Notes: a model not told the origin generated them from the letters alone. A stretch of 64,000 bases of DNA from an uncultured Acidobacteriota bacterium (GCA_963842075.1 CAWJFA010000017.1:664-64663), one strand, 5' to 3'. Shown: positions 35,691-44,495, counted from the stretch's first letter. Numbers and translations are program-made.

Positions 35691-36203
35691 ATGATTCGAT
35701 CGTTTAAGGGGATGAGGCCGGTGATACCGGCGACGTGTTATGTGGATGAGTCGGCGCAGATTATTGGGGATGTGGTGCTGGGGGAACATGCGTCGGTGTG
35801 GATGAATGCGGTGATACGCGGGGATGTGTATGCGATTCGGATTGGCGCGCATTCGAATGTGCAGGATTGTTGCGTGCTGCATGGAATGAAGAATCTGTAT
35901 GGGGTGACGCTGGGCGAGTATGTGACGGTGGGGCATTCGGTGACTTTGCATGGGTGTGTGGTGGAAGACCGGTGTTTGATTGGGATGGGGGCGGTGATTT
36001 TGAATGGCGCGAAGGTTGGGGCGGGGTCGATTATTGCGGCAGGGACGCTGATTCCGGAGGGGACGGTGGTGGAGGCGGGATCGTTGTGGATGGGATCTCC
36101 GGGGAAGTTTCGGCGGAAGCTGGAGGAGAAGGATCAGGAATCGATTATGAGGTATGCGAGGAATTATTTGGGGTATGTGGAGGAGTATTTGAGGGAGGGG
36201 TGA
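35691..36203 (+). CDS. gamma-class carbonic anhydrase family protein (left-handed beta-helix, YrdA/PaaY-like)
   Basis: 170 aa. IIGDVVLGEHASVWMNAVIRGDV..IRIGAHSNVQDCCVLH hexapeptide repeats. Confidence 0.88.
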   Translation: MIRSFKGMRPVIPATCYVDESAQIIGDVVLGEHASVWMNAVIRGDVYAIRIGAHSNVQDCCVLHGMKNLYGVTLGEYVTVGHSVTLHGCVVEDRCLIGMGAVILNGAKVGAGSIIAAGTLIPEGTVVEAGSLWMGSPGKFRRKLEEKDQESIMRYARNYLGYVEEYLREG

Positions 36204-36301
36204 GGGGAGCGCCGGTGGCCAGTGCCCAGTTGTCAGTGGATAGTACCCGGCGCATCGGGTGAGAATTCCTTGAGAATCCAGCGGGGCAGTTGAGCTAATA
36301 G

Positions 36302-36362
36302 GGATCCTTCGACTGCGGATTTGCTTCGCTGTCGCGAAGCAAATTCCTCGCTCAGGATGACA
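36302..36362 (+). repeat. family-1 palindromic element, full copy (20 nt upstream of hisS)
   Basis: GGATCCTTCGACTGCGGATTTGCTTCGCTGTCGCGAAGCAAATTCCTCGCTCAGGATGACA. Confidence 0.92.
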
Positions 36363-36382
36363 ATACTAGAAAAGGGAACGGA

Positions 36383-37660
36383 ATGATTAAAGCGGTAAGA
36401 GGGACGAGGGATTTGCTGCCGCCGGAGACGGGGCTGTGGAATTTTGTGGAGGAGAAGGTGCGGGAGGTGTTTCGCGCTTACAACTTCCAGGAGATTCGCA
36501 CGCCGATTTTCGAGTCGACGGAGTTGTTTGCGCGCGGGGTGGGAGAAGAGACGGACATTGTGGCGAAGGAGATGTACACGTGGGAGGACCGGGGGCGGGC
36601 GGAGAGCGATCGGGGACAGTCGCTGACGTTGCGGCCGGAGAATACGGCGGGGGTGGTGCGGGCTTACATCGAGCACAAGATGTGGGATCGAGGGCTGCAG
36701 AAGCTTTATTACATAGGGCCGCAGTTTCGGCGGGAGCGGCCGCAGAAGGGGCGGTACCGGCAGTTTTATCAGATTGGGGCGGAGGTGATTGGTCCGGCGT
36801 CGGCGGGGAGCGAGTCTCCGGCGCGGGATGCGGAAGTTTTGGAGATGCTGGCGACGTTGCTGGACCGGCTGGGGATTGCGGGATGGAATCTGGAGCTGAA
36901 TTCGGTGGGGTGTCCGAAGGATCGGGCGGCGTTCAATGAGGCGCTGCGCAAGGCTTTGGAGCCGGTGGTGGGAAAGATGTGCGTGGATTGCCAGCGGCGG
37001 GCGGTGACGAATCCGCTGCGCGTGTTCGATTGCAAGGTGGCGGAGGATCAGCCGATCATCGAGAAGCTGCCGCGGATCAGCCAGTTTCTGGATGAAGGGT
37101 GTAGGAAACATTTTGAAGAGGTGCAGGAAATTCTTATTAAGGTTGGGGTTCCATTTTTATTGAATGATCGTCTAGTAAGAGGGCTCGATTACTACACGCG
37201 GACGGCATTTGAGTTTACGCATGGGGCACTGGGGGCGCAGAATGCGATTCTGGGCGGCGGGCGGTATGACGGATTGTCGGAGGCGCTGGGCGGGCCGGCG
37301 GCCCCGGGGATTGGGTTTGCGATTGGGGAAGACCGGCTGGTGATGTCGCTGGGGGCTTCGGCTGAGAGCGTTTTGAAGAAGCCGGATGTGTATGTGGCTG
37401 CGCTGGGGGCGGGGATGAATGGGGAAGCGGCGCGGGTGGCGCGGGAGTTGCGGCGTGGCGGCCTGGTGGTGGCTTTGGGAGATGAAAGTTTTCGGTTGAA
37501 GAAATCGTTTGAGGCTGCCACCAAGGCGGGGGCGAAATATATTTTGATTGTCGGGGAGAATGAGGTGAAAGCGGATGCTTTCGCGCTGAAGAATCTGGCA
37601 ACGGGGGAACAGGTTTCGGTGGCGAGGGGGGAGTTGGCTGGGAGGGTGCGGGGGACTTAG
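36383..37660 (+). CDS. hisS: histidine--tRNA ligase
   Basis: 425 aa. VRGTRDLLPPE, RPENTAGVVRAY, FRRERPQKGRYRQFYQ, GGGRYDGL. Confidence 0.96.
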   Translation: MIKAVRGTRDLLPPETGLWNFVEEKVREVFRAYNFQEIRTPIFESTELFARGVGEETDIVAKEMYTWEDRGRAESDRGQSLTLRPENTAGVVRAYIEHKMWDRGLQKLYYIGPQFRRERPQKGRYRQFYQIGAEVIGPASAGSESPARDAEVLEMLATLLDRLGIAGWNLELNSVGCPKDRAAFNEALRKALEPVVGKMCVDCQRRAVTNPLRVFDCKVAEDQPIIEKLPRISQFLDEGCRKHFEEVQEILIKVGVPFLLNDRLVRGLDYYTRTAFEFTHGALGAQNAILGGGRYDGLSEALGGPAAPGIGFAIGEDRLVMSLGASAESVLKKPDVYVAALGAGMNGEAARVARELRRGGLVVALGDESFRLKKSFEAATKAGAKYILIVGENEVKADAFALKNLATGEQVSVARGELAGRVRGT

Positions 37661-37742
37661 GGGTGGGGATGGGGTGTTGCGATTTATCGATGTTCCGGTT
37701 TATCGACAATCGCACTTCTCGGTATTCCCACTTCTCGATAAT

Positions 37743-37779
37743 CCCACTTCTCGCAAAAGAAGCGAGAAGTGGGGCGCCC
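37743..37779 (+). repeat. family-2 hairpin
   Basis: CCCACTTCTCGCAAAAGAAGCGAGAAGTGGGGCGCCC. Preceded by two extra left arms (CGCACTTCTCG at 37711, CCCACTTCTCG at 37727). Confidence 0.9.
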
Positions 37780-37798
37780 AGGGGAGTGGTGGCGCGAG

Positions 37799-37859
37799 AG
37801 ATCCTTCGACTGCGGATTTGCTTTGCTGTCGCAAAGCAAATTCCTCGCTCAGGATGACA
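37799..37859 (+). repeat. family-1 palindromic element, full copy
   Basis: AGATCCTTCGACTGCGGATTTGCTTTGCTGTCGCAAAGCAAATTCCTCGCTCAGGATGACA. Confidence 0.92.
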
Positions 37860-37880
37860 GGGCTTTTGGGGCAGGGGCGT

Positions 37881-38426
37881 ATGGGAACAGTTCGAACTAA
37901 GATTGACGAGGCGGCACGGAAGTTTATTGAGGCGCAGCATGTGTTTTTTGTCGCGTCGGCGCCGCTCGATGCGGGCGGGCATGTGAATGTGTCGCCGAAG
38001 GGGCTCGATACGTTTCGAATTTTGGGGCCGACGAGCGTGGCTTATCTGGATTTCAACGGCAGCGGGGTGGAGACCATTGCTCATCTGAAAGAGAATGGGC
38101 GAATTGTGCTGATGTTTTGCGCGTTCCAGGGGCCGCCGGATATTTTTCGCGTGTATGGGCAGGGGCGCGTGGTTGAGGCGCACGAGGCTGAGTTCGGCTC
38201 TCTGGCGGAATCGTTCCCGGCGTTCGATAGCGTGCGGTCCATTATTGTGGTTGAAGTTACGCGCGTGGTCGATTCCTGTGGATACGGCGTTCCTCTTTTC
38301 AAGTATGAAGGAGAGCGGACACAGTTGCAGGCGTGGGCGCGGAAGCGCGGGGCGGATGGGTTGAAACAGTATCGGGCGGAGAAGAACCGGCGGAGTATTG
38401 ATGGGTTGCCGGGGGTGTGCGAGTAG
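37881..38426 (+). CDS. pyridoxamine 5'-phosphate oxidase-like FMN-binding family protein
   Basis: MGTVRTKIDEAARKFIEAQHVFFVASAP...HVNVSPKG...VAYLDFNGSGVETIAHLKENGRIVLMFC. The track ORF (from 37674) is inflated by translation through repeat elements. Confidence 0.75.
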   Translation: MGTVRTKIDEAARKFIEAQHVFFVASAPLDAGGHVNVSPKGLDTFRILGPTSVAYLDFNGSGVETIAHLKENGRIVLMFCAFQGPPDIFRVYGQGRVVEAHEAEFGSLAESFPAFDSVRSIIVVEVTRVVDSCGYGVPLFKYEGERTQLQAWARKRGADGLKQYRAEKNRRSIDGLPGVCE

Positions 38427-38486
38427 GATGCGGGTGCGTGCAGGATGCTGCTGCGATGAGAAGGCCAGCGGAGGTGATGGCGGCAG

Positions 38487-38519
38487 GTTGCATAGTCCTT
38501 CGCTTCGCTCAGGATGACA
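38487..38519 (+). repeat. family-1 element, minimal variant
   Basis: GTTGCATAGTCCTTCGCTTCGCTCAGGATGACA. Confidence 0.85.
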
Positions 38520-38546
38520 AGCGCTTTTTTGTCGGGAGGAATATTC

Positions 38547-39026
38547 ATGAAGCTGAGGTGGGTCATTGCGGTGGCGGCGGGCTTTTTCCTGGTGAGTCTC
38601 GTGCCGGCTGTGGCGCAAGATTCCACGCCGTCCAGGACTCTTGGGCCGCTGGAGCAGAGTTTGATTGGGAGCGAGAAGAATTTGATCGAGGCGAAGAAGA
38701 AAGATGATGCGGCGTTTTTCAAGCGGACGGTCAGCGAGGATTTTGCGCTGGTGGGCGTGGACGGAAAGTTGTTGGAGCGGCAGGAGGCGGCGGATGAGCT
38801 GGGGGATTCCGGGCTGGTGGAGTTGACGCCTTATGACATCAAGGTGGTGACGGCGGGCGAGGGCGTGGCGATTGTTACTTACGACGCGATTGTGCGAAAG
38901 GCGCCGGAGGAAGATCAGGGGCCTCCACCACGCTATCAGCATTTCAGTTCGGTGTGGGTGAAGCGGGGAGATGCGTGGAAGCTGAAGTTTCATCAGGCCA
39001 CGGCTGTGCATTGGGGAGACTGGTAG
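38547..39026 (+). CDS. secreted SnoaL-like/DUF4440 (NTF2-fold) protein
   Basis: GGGAGGA SD 6 nt before ATG 38547. Signal peptide MKLRWVIAVAAGFFLVSLVPAVAQD. ...FSSVWVKRGDAWKLKFHQAT is typical of DUF4440. Confidence 0.6.
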   Translation: MKLRWVIAVAAGFFLVSLVPAVAQDSTPSRTLGPLEQSLIGSEKNLIEAKKKDDAAFFKRTVSEDFALVGVDGKLLERQEAADELGDSGLVELTPYDIKVVTAGEGVAIVTYDAIVRKAPEEDQGPPPRYQHFSSVWVKRGDAWKLKFHQATAVHWGDW

Positions 39027-39103
39027 GTTTGCGGGTTTTGAGTCTTAGCGATGGTTTTGTTGGTTGGATTAGTGGGCGGGAAAACACATCGAGGAGGCAT
39101 CTT

Positions 39104-39631
39104 ATGGGGCGACTAGGAATGATTCTGGCGGGGGCGCTGGGTTTGGCTGGGGTGGGGATGGCGCAGACGGCGCCTCCTAAGCCGGCGCCGGAATTGAAGA
39201 AACTGGATGTATTCGTAGGTAGCTGGACACTGGAAGGGAACATGAAGCCGGGGATGATGGGTCCGGGGGGATCGATGACGGAGACTGAAAAGTGCGAGTG
39301 GATGGAGGGCGATTTTTTCCTGGTGTGCCACTCGGAGTTCAAGAGTTCGATGGGGAACGGGGTGGGATTGTCGGTGATGGGATATTCAGTTGACGATAAA
39401 GCGTACACGTACCGCGAGTTCAATAGCTTTGGCGAGTTCGACGACTCCAGAGGTACGCTGGACGGCGACACGTGGACGTGGACGAGCGACGAAAAGATGG
39501 GCGGCATGACCATGAAGGGGCGATTCATCATGAAGATGACTTCGGCGACTTCGTACAACTTTGTGTTTGATATGTCGGAGGATGGAACGAAGTGGTCGAC
39601 GGTGATGGATGGGAAGGCGATGAAGAAGTAA
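39104..39631 (+). CDS. secreted DUF1579-like protein
   Basis: GAGGAGG SD before ATG 39104. Signal peptide MGRLGMILAGALGLAGVGMAQ. FVGSWTLEG...GDFFLVCH...GYSVDDKAYTYREFNSFG... Confidence 0.55.
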   Translation: MGRLGMILAGALGLAGVGMAQTAPPKPAPELKKLDVFVGSWTLEGNMKPGMMGPGGSMTETEKCEWMEGDFFLVCHSEFKSSMGNGVGLSVMGYSVDDKAYTYREFNSFGEFDDSRGTLDGDTWTWTSDEKMGGMTMKGRFIMKMTSATSYNFVFDMSEDGTKWSTVMDGKAMKK

Positions 39632-39724
39632 CGATCGGTCTCTTGGGGCGGCGTGCCGGGGAAGAATTTCTTGGGGGGAGTGATGGAAATGCCTTGCTCT
39701 GCTTAGGGGAGTGCTAGGTGGTAG

Positions 39725-39784
39725 GGATCCTTCGACTGCGGTTTTGCTTCGCTTCGCGAAGCAAAATCCTCGCTCAGGATGACA
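39725..39784 (+). repeat. family-1 palindromic element, full copy
   Basis: GGATCCTTCGACTGCGGTTTTGCTTCGCTTCGCGAAGCAAAATCCTCGCTCAGGATGACA. GGTTTTGC/GCAAAATCC is compensatory relative to the consensus GGATTTGC/GCAAATTCC. Confidence 0.92.
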
Positions 39785-39812
39785 CATGAATGAAAGCATG
39801 CGGGGAAACCAG

Positions 39813-39837
39813 GTTCCTCGCTTTGCTCGGAATGACA
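39813..39837 (+). repeat. family-1 3' half-element
   Basis: GTTCCTCGCTTTGCTCGGAATGACA. Confidence 0.7.
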
Positions 39838-39920
39838 ATCATCTCGGACCGGCGGGTTTCTCCTTCCAGTTATAATCTCTGATTCGGCGGTCTGCCGCAT
39901 TCTTACTGTAAGGATACAAC

Positions 39921-41798
39921 TTGCTCGATTTCTTAGGGGATCTACGACGGACGCATATGTGCGGGGCGCTGCGGGCGGCTGACGCAGGCAAGAAGGCTGT
40001 GCTCATGGGGTGGGTGAACCGGCGGCGCGATCACGGGAATCTGCTGTTCGTCGATCTGCGGGACCGGTCGGGAGTGACGCAGGTGGTTATCAATGCGGAG
40101 CGCGACGCGGCTCTGCATGAAAAAGCGGCGGCGCTGAGAAACGAGTATGTCATTGCGGTGACTGGCACGGTGAAGCTGCGCGACCAGAACACGGTGAATC
40201 CGAATATGCCGACGGGCGAAGTGGAACTGGTCGCGGAGGAATTGCGGATTCTGAACGAGTCGAAACTGCCGCCGTTTTTGCCATCGGACACGGCGCTGAC
40301 CAACGAAGAGACGCGGCTGAAATATCGCTACATCGATTTGCGGCGGGAGGTGATGCAGTTCAACATCGAACTGCGGCACAAGGTAGCGAAGGCGATTCGG
40401 GATTATTTGTCAGGGCAGGGATTTTTTGAGATTGAAACGCCTTTTATGACGCGTTCGACGCCGGAGGGAGCGCGGGATTATCTGGTGCCGAGCCGGGTGC
40501 AGCCGGGGACGTTTTATGCGCTGCCGCAGTCGCCGCAGCTGTTCAAGCAGATCCTGATGATTTCGGGGTTCGATAAATATTTTCAGATCGTGCGCTGTTT
40601 CCGGGATGAAGATTTGCGGGCGGACCGGCAGCCGGAGTTTACACAGATCGATTTGGAGATGACGTATCCGCAGCCGGAGCGGGTTTGGGAAGTGGTGGAG
40701 GGATTTTTGACGGCGGCGTTTGCGGCAGCGGGATATGAGATCAAGACTCCGTTTCCGCGGATGGATTATGACGAAACGATCCGGCGGTATGGGATTGACA
40801 AGCCGGATTTGCGGCTGCCGGAGTTTACCGATGTGCGGGAATGTTTTTCGCCGGAGAAATTGCAGGAGCTGGCCATCGATGCGAAGCTGCCGGTGGTTGC
40901 GATTCGCACGCCGAAGGTTGGAGAGCTTTCGCGCAAAGAGCGGGATGACATCAAGCCGATGTTCCACGCGAAGGGCGGGGCGCGGCTGTTTGAGGATTTC
41001 AAGCGAATCGGGAACCGGTTTCCTGAGGAGGCAGCGGCGATTGCGAAGAAGACGGGAATGGAAGAGGGCGATCTGATTGTGCTGGTGGCGGGGGCATCTC
41101 AGGTTGCACCGGGGCAAGGTGAGCCACGGACGGGGGTTTCCGAGCATCGTAAGGTGACGCCGCAGGAGTTGGCGATTTATGCATCGGCGGGATTGTTGCG
41201 GCTGGCGCTGGCGCAGAAGTATGCCGAGCGGCACGGGATTTTCAAGAAGAGTGGGGACGCGGCGAAGGATTTCCGGTTTTTGTGGGTTACGAATTTTCCG
41301 ATGTTCGAGTGGGATGAGGGGGAGAAGCGGTGGAACGCGGCGCACCATCCGTTTACGTCGCCGCATGAAGAGGATATGGCGAAGCTGGAGTCGGGAGTGG
41401 AGGCGTTGAATGATCCGCTGTCGCCGTTGAGCGCGGTACGGGCGCTGGCTTATGACGTGGTGCTGAATGGGACGGAGTTGGGGTCGGGGTCGATCCGTAT
41501 TCACCGGCAGGATGTGCAGAGCAGAATTTTCCGGGCGCTTGGGATGACCGAGGAAGAAGCGCGGGCGCGGTTTGGATTCTTTTTGGAAGCGCTGGAGTAT
41601 GGAACGCCTCCGCATGGCGGGATTGCGCTGGGGTTGGACCGCATTGTGATGATTCTGGCGGGAGCAGAGAGCCTGCGGGAAGTGATTCCGTTCCCGAAGA
41701 CGGCGCGGGCGGTGGATTTGATGGTGGATGCTCCGACGCCGGTGGGGGAGGGGCAGTTGAGGGAGTTGGGGATTGCAGTGAGGAAGGCGAGGGAGTGA
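39921..41798 (+). CDS. aspS: aspartate--tRNA ligase (bacterial type; discriminating status not determinable)
   Basis: 625 aa, TTG start after AAGGA. FVDLRDRSGVTQVV, QSPQLFKQILM, FRDEDLRADRQPEFTQID, GGIALGLDR. Confidence 0.96.
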   Translation: MLDFLGDLRRTHMCGALRAADAGKKAVLMGWVNRRRDHGNLLFVDLRDRSGVTQVVINAERDAALHEKAAALRNEYVIAVTGTVKLRDQNTVNPNMPTGEVELVAEELRILNESKLPPFLPSDTALTNEETRLKYRYIDLRREVMQFNIELRHKVAKAIRDYLSGQGFFEIETPFMTRSTPEGARDYLVPSRVQPGTFYALPQSPQLFKQILMISGFDKYFQIVRCFRDEDLRADRQPEFTQIDLEMTYPQPERVWEVVEGFLTAAFAAAGYEIKTPFPRMDYDETIRRYGIDKPDLRLPEFTDVRECFSPEKLQELAIDAKLPVVAIRTPKVGELSRKERDDIKPMFHAKGGARLFEDFKRIGNRFPEEAAAIAKKTGMEEGDLIVLVAGASQVAPGQGEPRTGVSEHRKVTPQELAIYASAGLLRLALAQKYAERHGIFKKSGDAAKDFRFLWVTNFPMFEWDEGEKRWNAAHHPFTSPHEEDMAKLESGVEALNDPLSPLSAVRALAYDVVLNGTELGSGSIRIHRQDVQSRIFRALGMTEEEARARFGFFLEALEYGTPPHGGIALGLDRIVMILAGAESLREVIPFPKTARAVDLMVDAPTPVGEGQLRELGIAVRKARE

Positions 41799-42406
41799 TG
41801 AGGCCGCCAAGCAAGCTTGCCCGAGTCATTGCATATGCGCTCGGAGTTACTTTGCTTGCTTTTGTGGGATTGGGGTTGTGGACTGTCTTTGCGATTCGCT
41901 CGATGCGGTTCGATTTTCACTTTTCAGAAACCGATTTGGAAACTGTTGCTACCAGCTTCAAGTCGATGTTGAGCAATGTTTTTGTGGTCAGGCGCGATGC
42001 GGCAGCTGTATCCGATGAGGTGAGATTCCCGAACCCTCAGCGAGACCCGAACGGAGTCGCGAAAAATGCGAAGCTATTCGATGCCTGGGTGGCATCTGCG
42101 AAGCTAGGAGCGGCGGTTCTGAGTAATACACGGCGGGGAAATTGGGTTGGAAGCAGCGCTGAGGCTGATTTTGTGCCCGTGCAAGATCGGGTTGATCCTT
42201 GGAATCACACTTTTTGTATCTTGCGTCGCGACGACTACGTGTTGGTGGTGAGTGGGGGACCTGAGGCGCAGGGGTCTCCGGCTTGTCGAAATGTTCAGAT
42301 CCAAGCGAAGGATTTGGCGGAACTACCGCACGGGAAATTGTTGGAGAGTCCGGCGGGGTATCTGGTTCTGCTTGTCGATAAGGATCGTGCGGATCAGCGA
42401 AATTAA
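41795..42406 (+). CDS. hypothetical membrane-anchored protein
   Basis: 203 aa. GTGA overlap with the aspS stop (or ATG 41798). N-terminal TM helix VIAYALGVTLLAFVGLGLWTVFAI. No family recognised. Confidence 0.45.
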   Translation: MMRPPSKLARVIAYALGVTLLAFVGLGLWTVFAIRSMRFDFHFSETDLETVATSFKSMLSNVFVVRRDAAAVSDEVRFPNPQRDPNGVAKNAKLFDAWVASAKLGAAVLSNTRRGNWVGSSAEADFVPVQDRVDPWNHTFCILRRDDYVLVVSGGPEAQGSPACRNVQIQAKDLAELPHGKLLESPAGYLVLLVDKDRADQRN

Positions 42407-42466
42407 GGTTTTAGCCGCCGAGATACCTCTGGGGCTAGGGCTCGCGGTCTTGGTGACCAGGTAGCG

Positions 42467-42484
42467 GCGCGGCTGAAGCCGCGC
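42467..42484. repeat. family-3 GC hairpin
   Basis: GCGCGGC, loop TGAA, GCCGCGC, then CCTTTCAAAAC. Confidence 0.8.
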
Positions 42485-42524
42485 CCTTTCAAAACTACTC
42501 CCCAGCCGCGGCGAAGAGGGATAG

Positions 42525-42585
42525 GGATCCTTCGACTGCGGATTTGCTTTGCTGTCGCAAAGCAAATTCCTCGCTCAGGATGACA
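42525..42585 (+). repeat. family-1 full copy (array member 1 of 3)
   Basis: GGATCCTTCGACTGCGGATTTGCTTTGCTGTCGCAAAGCAAATTCCTCGCTCAGGATGACA. Shares the 5' flank TTTCAAAACTAC...GGCGAAGAGGGATA with copy 3. Confidence 0.92.
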
Positions 42586-42687
42586 GAGATGTAGGGTGAA
42601 GCGGCGCTGTTTGCGAGGGTGAATCGCGCTTTTGGCTGCAGGGAAGAGAACGCTTTGACGGGTTCCGGGGGGCGGTTGAGGTCAGAG

Positions 42688-42748
42688 GGATCCTTCGACT
42701 GCGAATTTGCTTTGCTATCGCAAAGCAAATTCCTCGCTCAGGATGACA
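42688..42748 (+). repeat. family-1 full copy (array member 2 of 3)
   Basis: GGATCCTTCGACTGCGAATTTGCTTTGCTATCGCAAAGCAAATTCCTCGCTCAGGATGACA. Confidence 0.92.
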
Positions 42749-42854
42749 GGGCCGATTATACGGACGACGCTCCTACTTCTACCGTGCGAGTGCCTCAGGG
42801 GCTAAGGGCCGCGGTCTTTCAAAACTACTTTCCAGCGGCGGCGAAGAGGGATAG

Positions 42855-42915
42855 GGATCCTTCGACTGCGGATTTGCTTTGCTATCGCAAAGCAAATTCC
42901 TCGCTCAGGATGACA
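42855..42915 (+). repeat. family-1 full copy (array member 3 of 3)
   Basis: GGATCCTTCGACTGCGGATTTGCTTTGCTATCGCAAAGCAAATTCCTCGCTCAGGATGACA. Confidence 0.92.
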
Positions 42916-42925
42916 GGGCATTATT

Positions 42926-42962
42926 CCCACTTCTCGCAAAGGAAGCGAGAAGTGGGGCACCC
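42926..42962 (+). repeat. family-2 hairpin
   Basis: CCCACTTCTCGCAAAGGAAGCGAGAAGTGGGGCACCC. Confidence 0.9.
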
Positions 42963-42997
42963 GGTATTAGTTGGCACTCGCCTTGTCGGTATCCACT

Positions 42998-43699
42998 TTA
43001 ATTTGCTTCCAGCTTCTGGCAGGCCAGGTCTTCTACTTGCGCGAGGACTTCGTCTTCGGCCATCTTGGTCGAATCGATGATTACCGCGTCTTTGGCGGCT
43101 TGCAGGGGGGAGGTGGCGCGGGTGCGGTCGCGGTGGTCGCGGTCGCGGAGGTCGGCGGCGAGGTTGGCGGCGACTTCGCCTTTGATTTTTTGCTGCTCCA
43201 TGCGGCGCTGCTCGCGGACGACGGGGTCGGCGTCGAGGAAGATTTTGAGGTCGGCGTCGGGGAAAACTTTGGTGCCGATGTCGCGGCCTTCCATGACTAT
43301 GCCGCCACCGGCGCCCATCTCGCGCTGACGGGCGACCATCCAAGCACGAACTGCAGGATGCACGGATACGCGCGAGGCGGCTTCGGTGACGTCGCGCTCG
43401 CGGATGCGCGAGGAAACGTCCTGGCCATCGAGGAGAGTGCGATTACCGCCGAGAGTGGGTTCGAGGCGGATGCGGGATTCCTGCGCCAGTTTCAGAAGGG
43501 CGGCTTCGTCGTCGAACGATTTGTCCTTGTCGATGGCTTTCAGGGCCAGGGCGCGGTACATTGCGCCGCTCTCCAGGTTGACGTAGCCGAGTTTGCGGGC
43601 GAGGCGGGAGGCGATGGTGCTCTTGCCGGCACCGGCGGGGCCGTCGATCGCGATGATCAGTTTGCGCGGGGAGTGGAGGATGGGATTGTGATCCGTCAT
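42998..43699 (-). CDS. cmk: (d)CMP kinase
   Basis: IIAIDGPAGAGKSTIASRLARKLGYVNLESGAMYRA, GRDIGTKVFPDA. Confidence 0.95.
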   Translation of the reverse strand: MTDHNPILHSPRKLIIAIDGPAGAGKSTIASRLARKLGYVNLESGAMYRALALKAIDKDKSFDDEAALLKLAQESRIRLEPTLGGNRTLLDGQDVSSRIRERDVTEAASRVSVHPAVRAWMVARQREMGAGGGIVMEGRDIGTKVFPDADLKIFLDADPVVREQRRMEQQKIKGEVAANLAADLRDRDHRDRTRATSPLQAAKDAVIIDSTKMAEDEVLAQVEDLACQKLEAN

Positions 43700-44001
43700 T
43701 TATCCAGTAGGCGATTGAGCAAGTAGACGATTGTACACGGAGAGAGGGCGAGGGCTTGCGGGGGCGGGTTGAATTGTCAAGCGGGGCAGACAATCCTTTA
43801 ACAAACATGTGACAGGTGCAAGCATTCCTTCTGGCCGAGTGTTGCGTCAAATAGGGCATACATAGGAAGGCGATTCATAAGAGTTGTAGCCGCTTTGCAA
43901 TGCCTGGAAACAAAGGCGGTGACGCAGAGCACAGAGGGGCGAACCTGCCCCCTGTAATGCGGCGGTCCGGTTGCAAGCCCGGACGGTGAAGGAGGGTTGG
44001 C

Positions 44002-44196
44002 ATGTTGGAGATCGTGTGGCGCAATCCGCGGCCACCTGCGAGGAGAAGCTTGCGGATTGTGGAAGTGTGGGCCGATGAATCGAAGTCAGCGGCGATGTGG
44101 GTGATTTTTTATCACACGCTTGTGGCCTCGGACTGGCCGGAAAATGAATATCAGCTGCTGGTGAACCGGAACTTTGAACGCGAGATTGCGGTGTGA
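44002..44196 (+). CDS. hypothetical small protein
   Basis: 64 aa. Strong SD (GAAGGAGGG) 5 nt before the ATG. No family recognised. Confidence 0.4.
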   Translation: MLEIVWRNPRPPARRSLRIVEVWADESKSAAMWVIFYHTLVASDWPENEYQLLVNRNFEREIAV

Positions 44197-44375
44197 ACGT
44201 TGGCGGGGATGGGGTGGGAGTCGTGTCTGCAATCGCGCAAATCGAAAGGGCGTCCGAAGAAATTATTTATGAGATAGCGCGGCGGGTCATCGCCTACCGT
44301 TGGGGCGAGTTCGAGCGGGTTTGGGAAGCGGCGAACAGAATCTGCGATCGCTACAAGCTGAAGAGCGCTAGTTGA
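44193..44375 (+). CDS. hypothetical small protein (overlaps the previous gene by GTGA)
   Basis: 60 aa, GTG start overlapping the upstream stop. Helical-looking (IAQIERASEEIIYEIARRVIAYRWGEFERVWEAANRICDRYKL). Confidence 0.3.
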   Translation: MNVGGDGVGVVSAIAQIERASEEIIYEIARRVIAYRWGEFERVWEAANRICDRYKLKSAS

Positions 44376-44461
44376 GAGGCGCTGCGGAAACATCAATTGC
44401 GGGTGTGGTTTTTCAAGCTTGAGCGGTTGCGCCATCTGGACTGGGTGCAAGCAAACACCAA

Positions 44462-44486
44462 GTCCCTCGCTTCGCTCGGGATGACA
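44462..44486 (+). repeat. family-1 3' half-element
   Basis: GTCCCTCGCTTCGCTCGGGATGACA, immediately before the polypyrimidine tract. Confidence 0.7.
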
Positions 44487-44495
44487 GGATTATTA

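Noticed and set aside
36233-41810. Very long minus-strand ORFs (36233..37111, 37215..39011 at 598 aa, 40410..41810 at 466 aa)
   Set aside because: They are R/P/H/Q-rich low-complexity translations lying antisense to hisS, the PNPOx-like, DUF4440 and DUF1579 genes and aspS. They run straight through repeat elements. These are shadow ORFs.
42410-42965. CRISPR array interpretation of the three regularly spaced repeats
   Set aside because: The repeats are 61 nt and strongly palindromic. The same element is dispersed singly across the window. Spacers are about 100 nt. No cas genes or leader are present.
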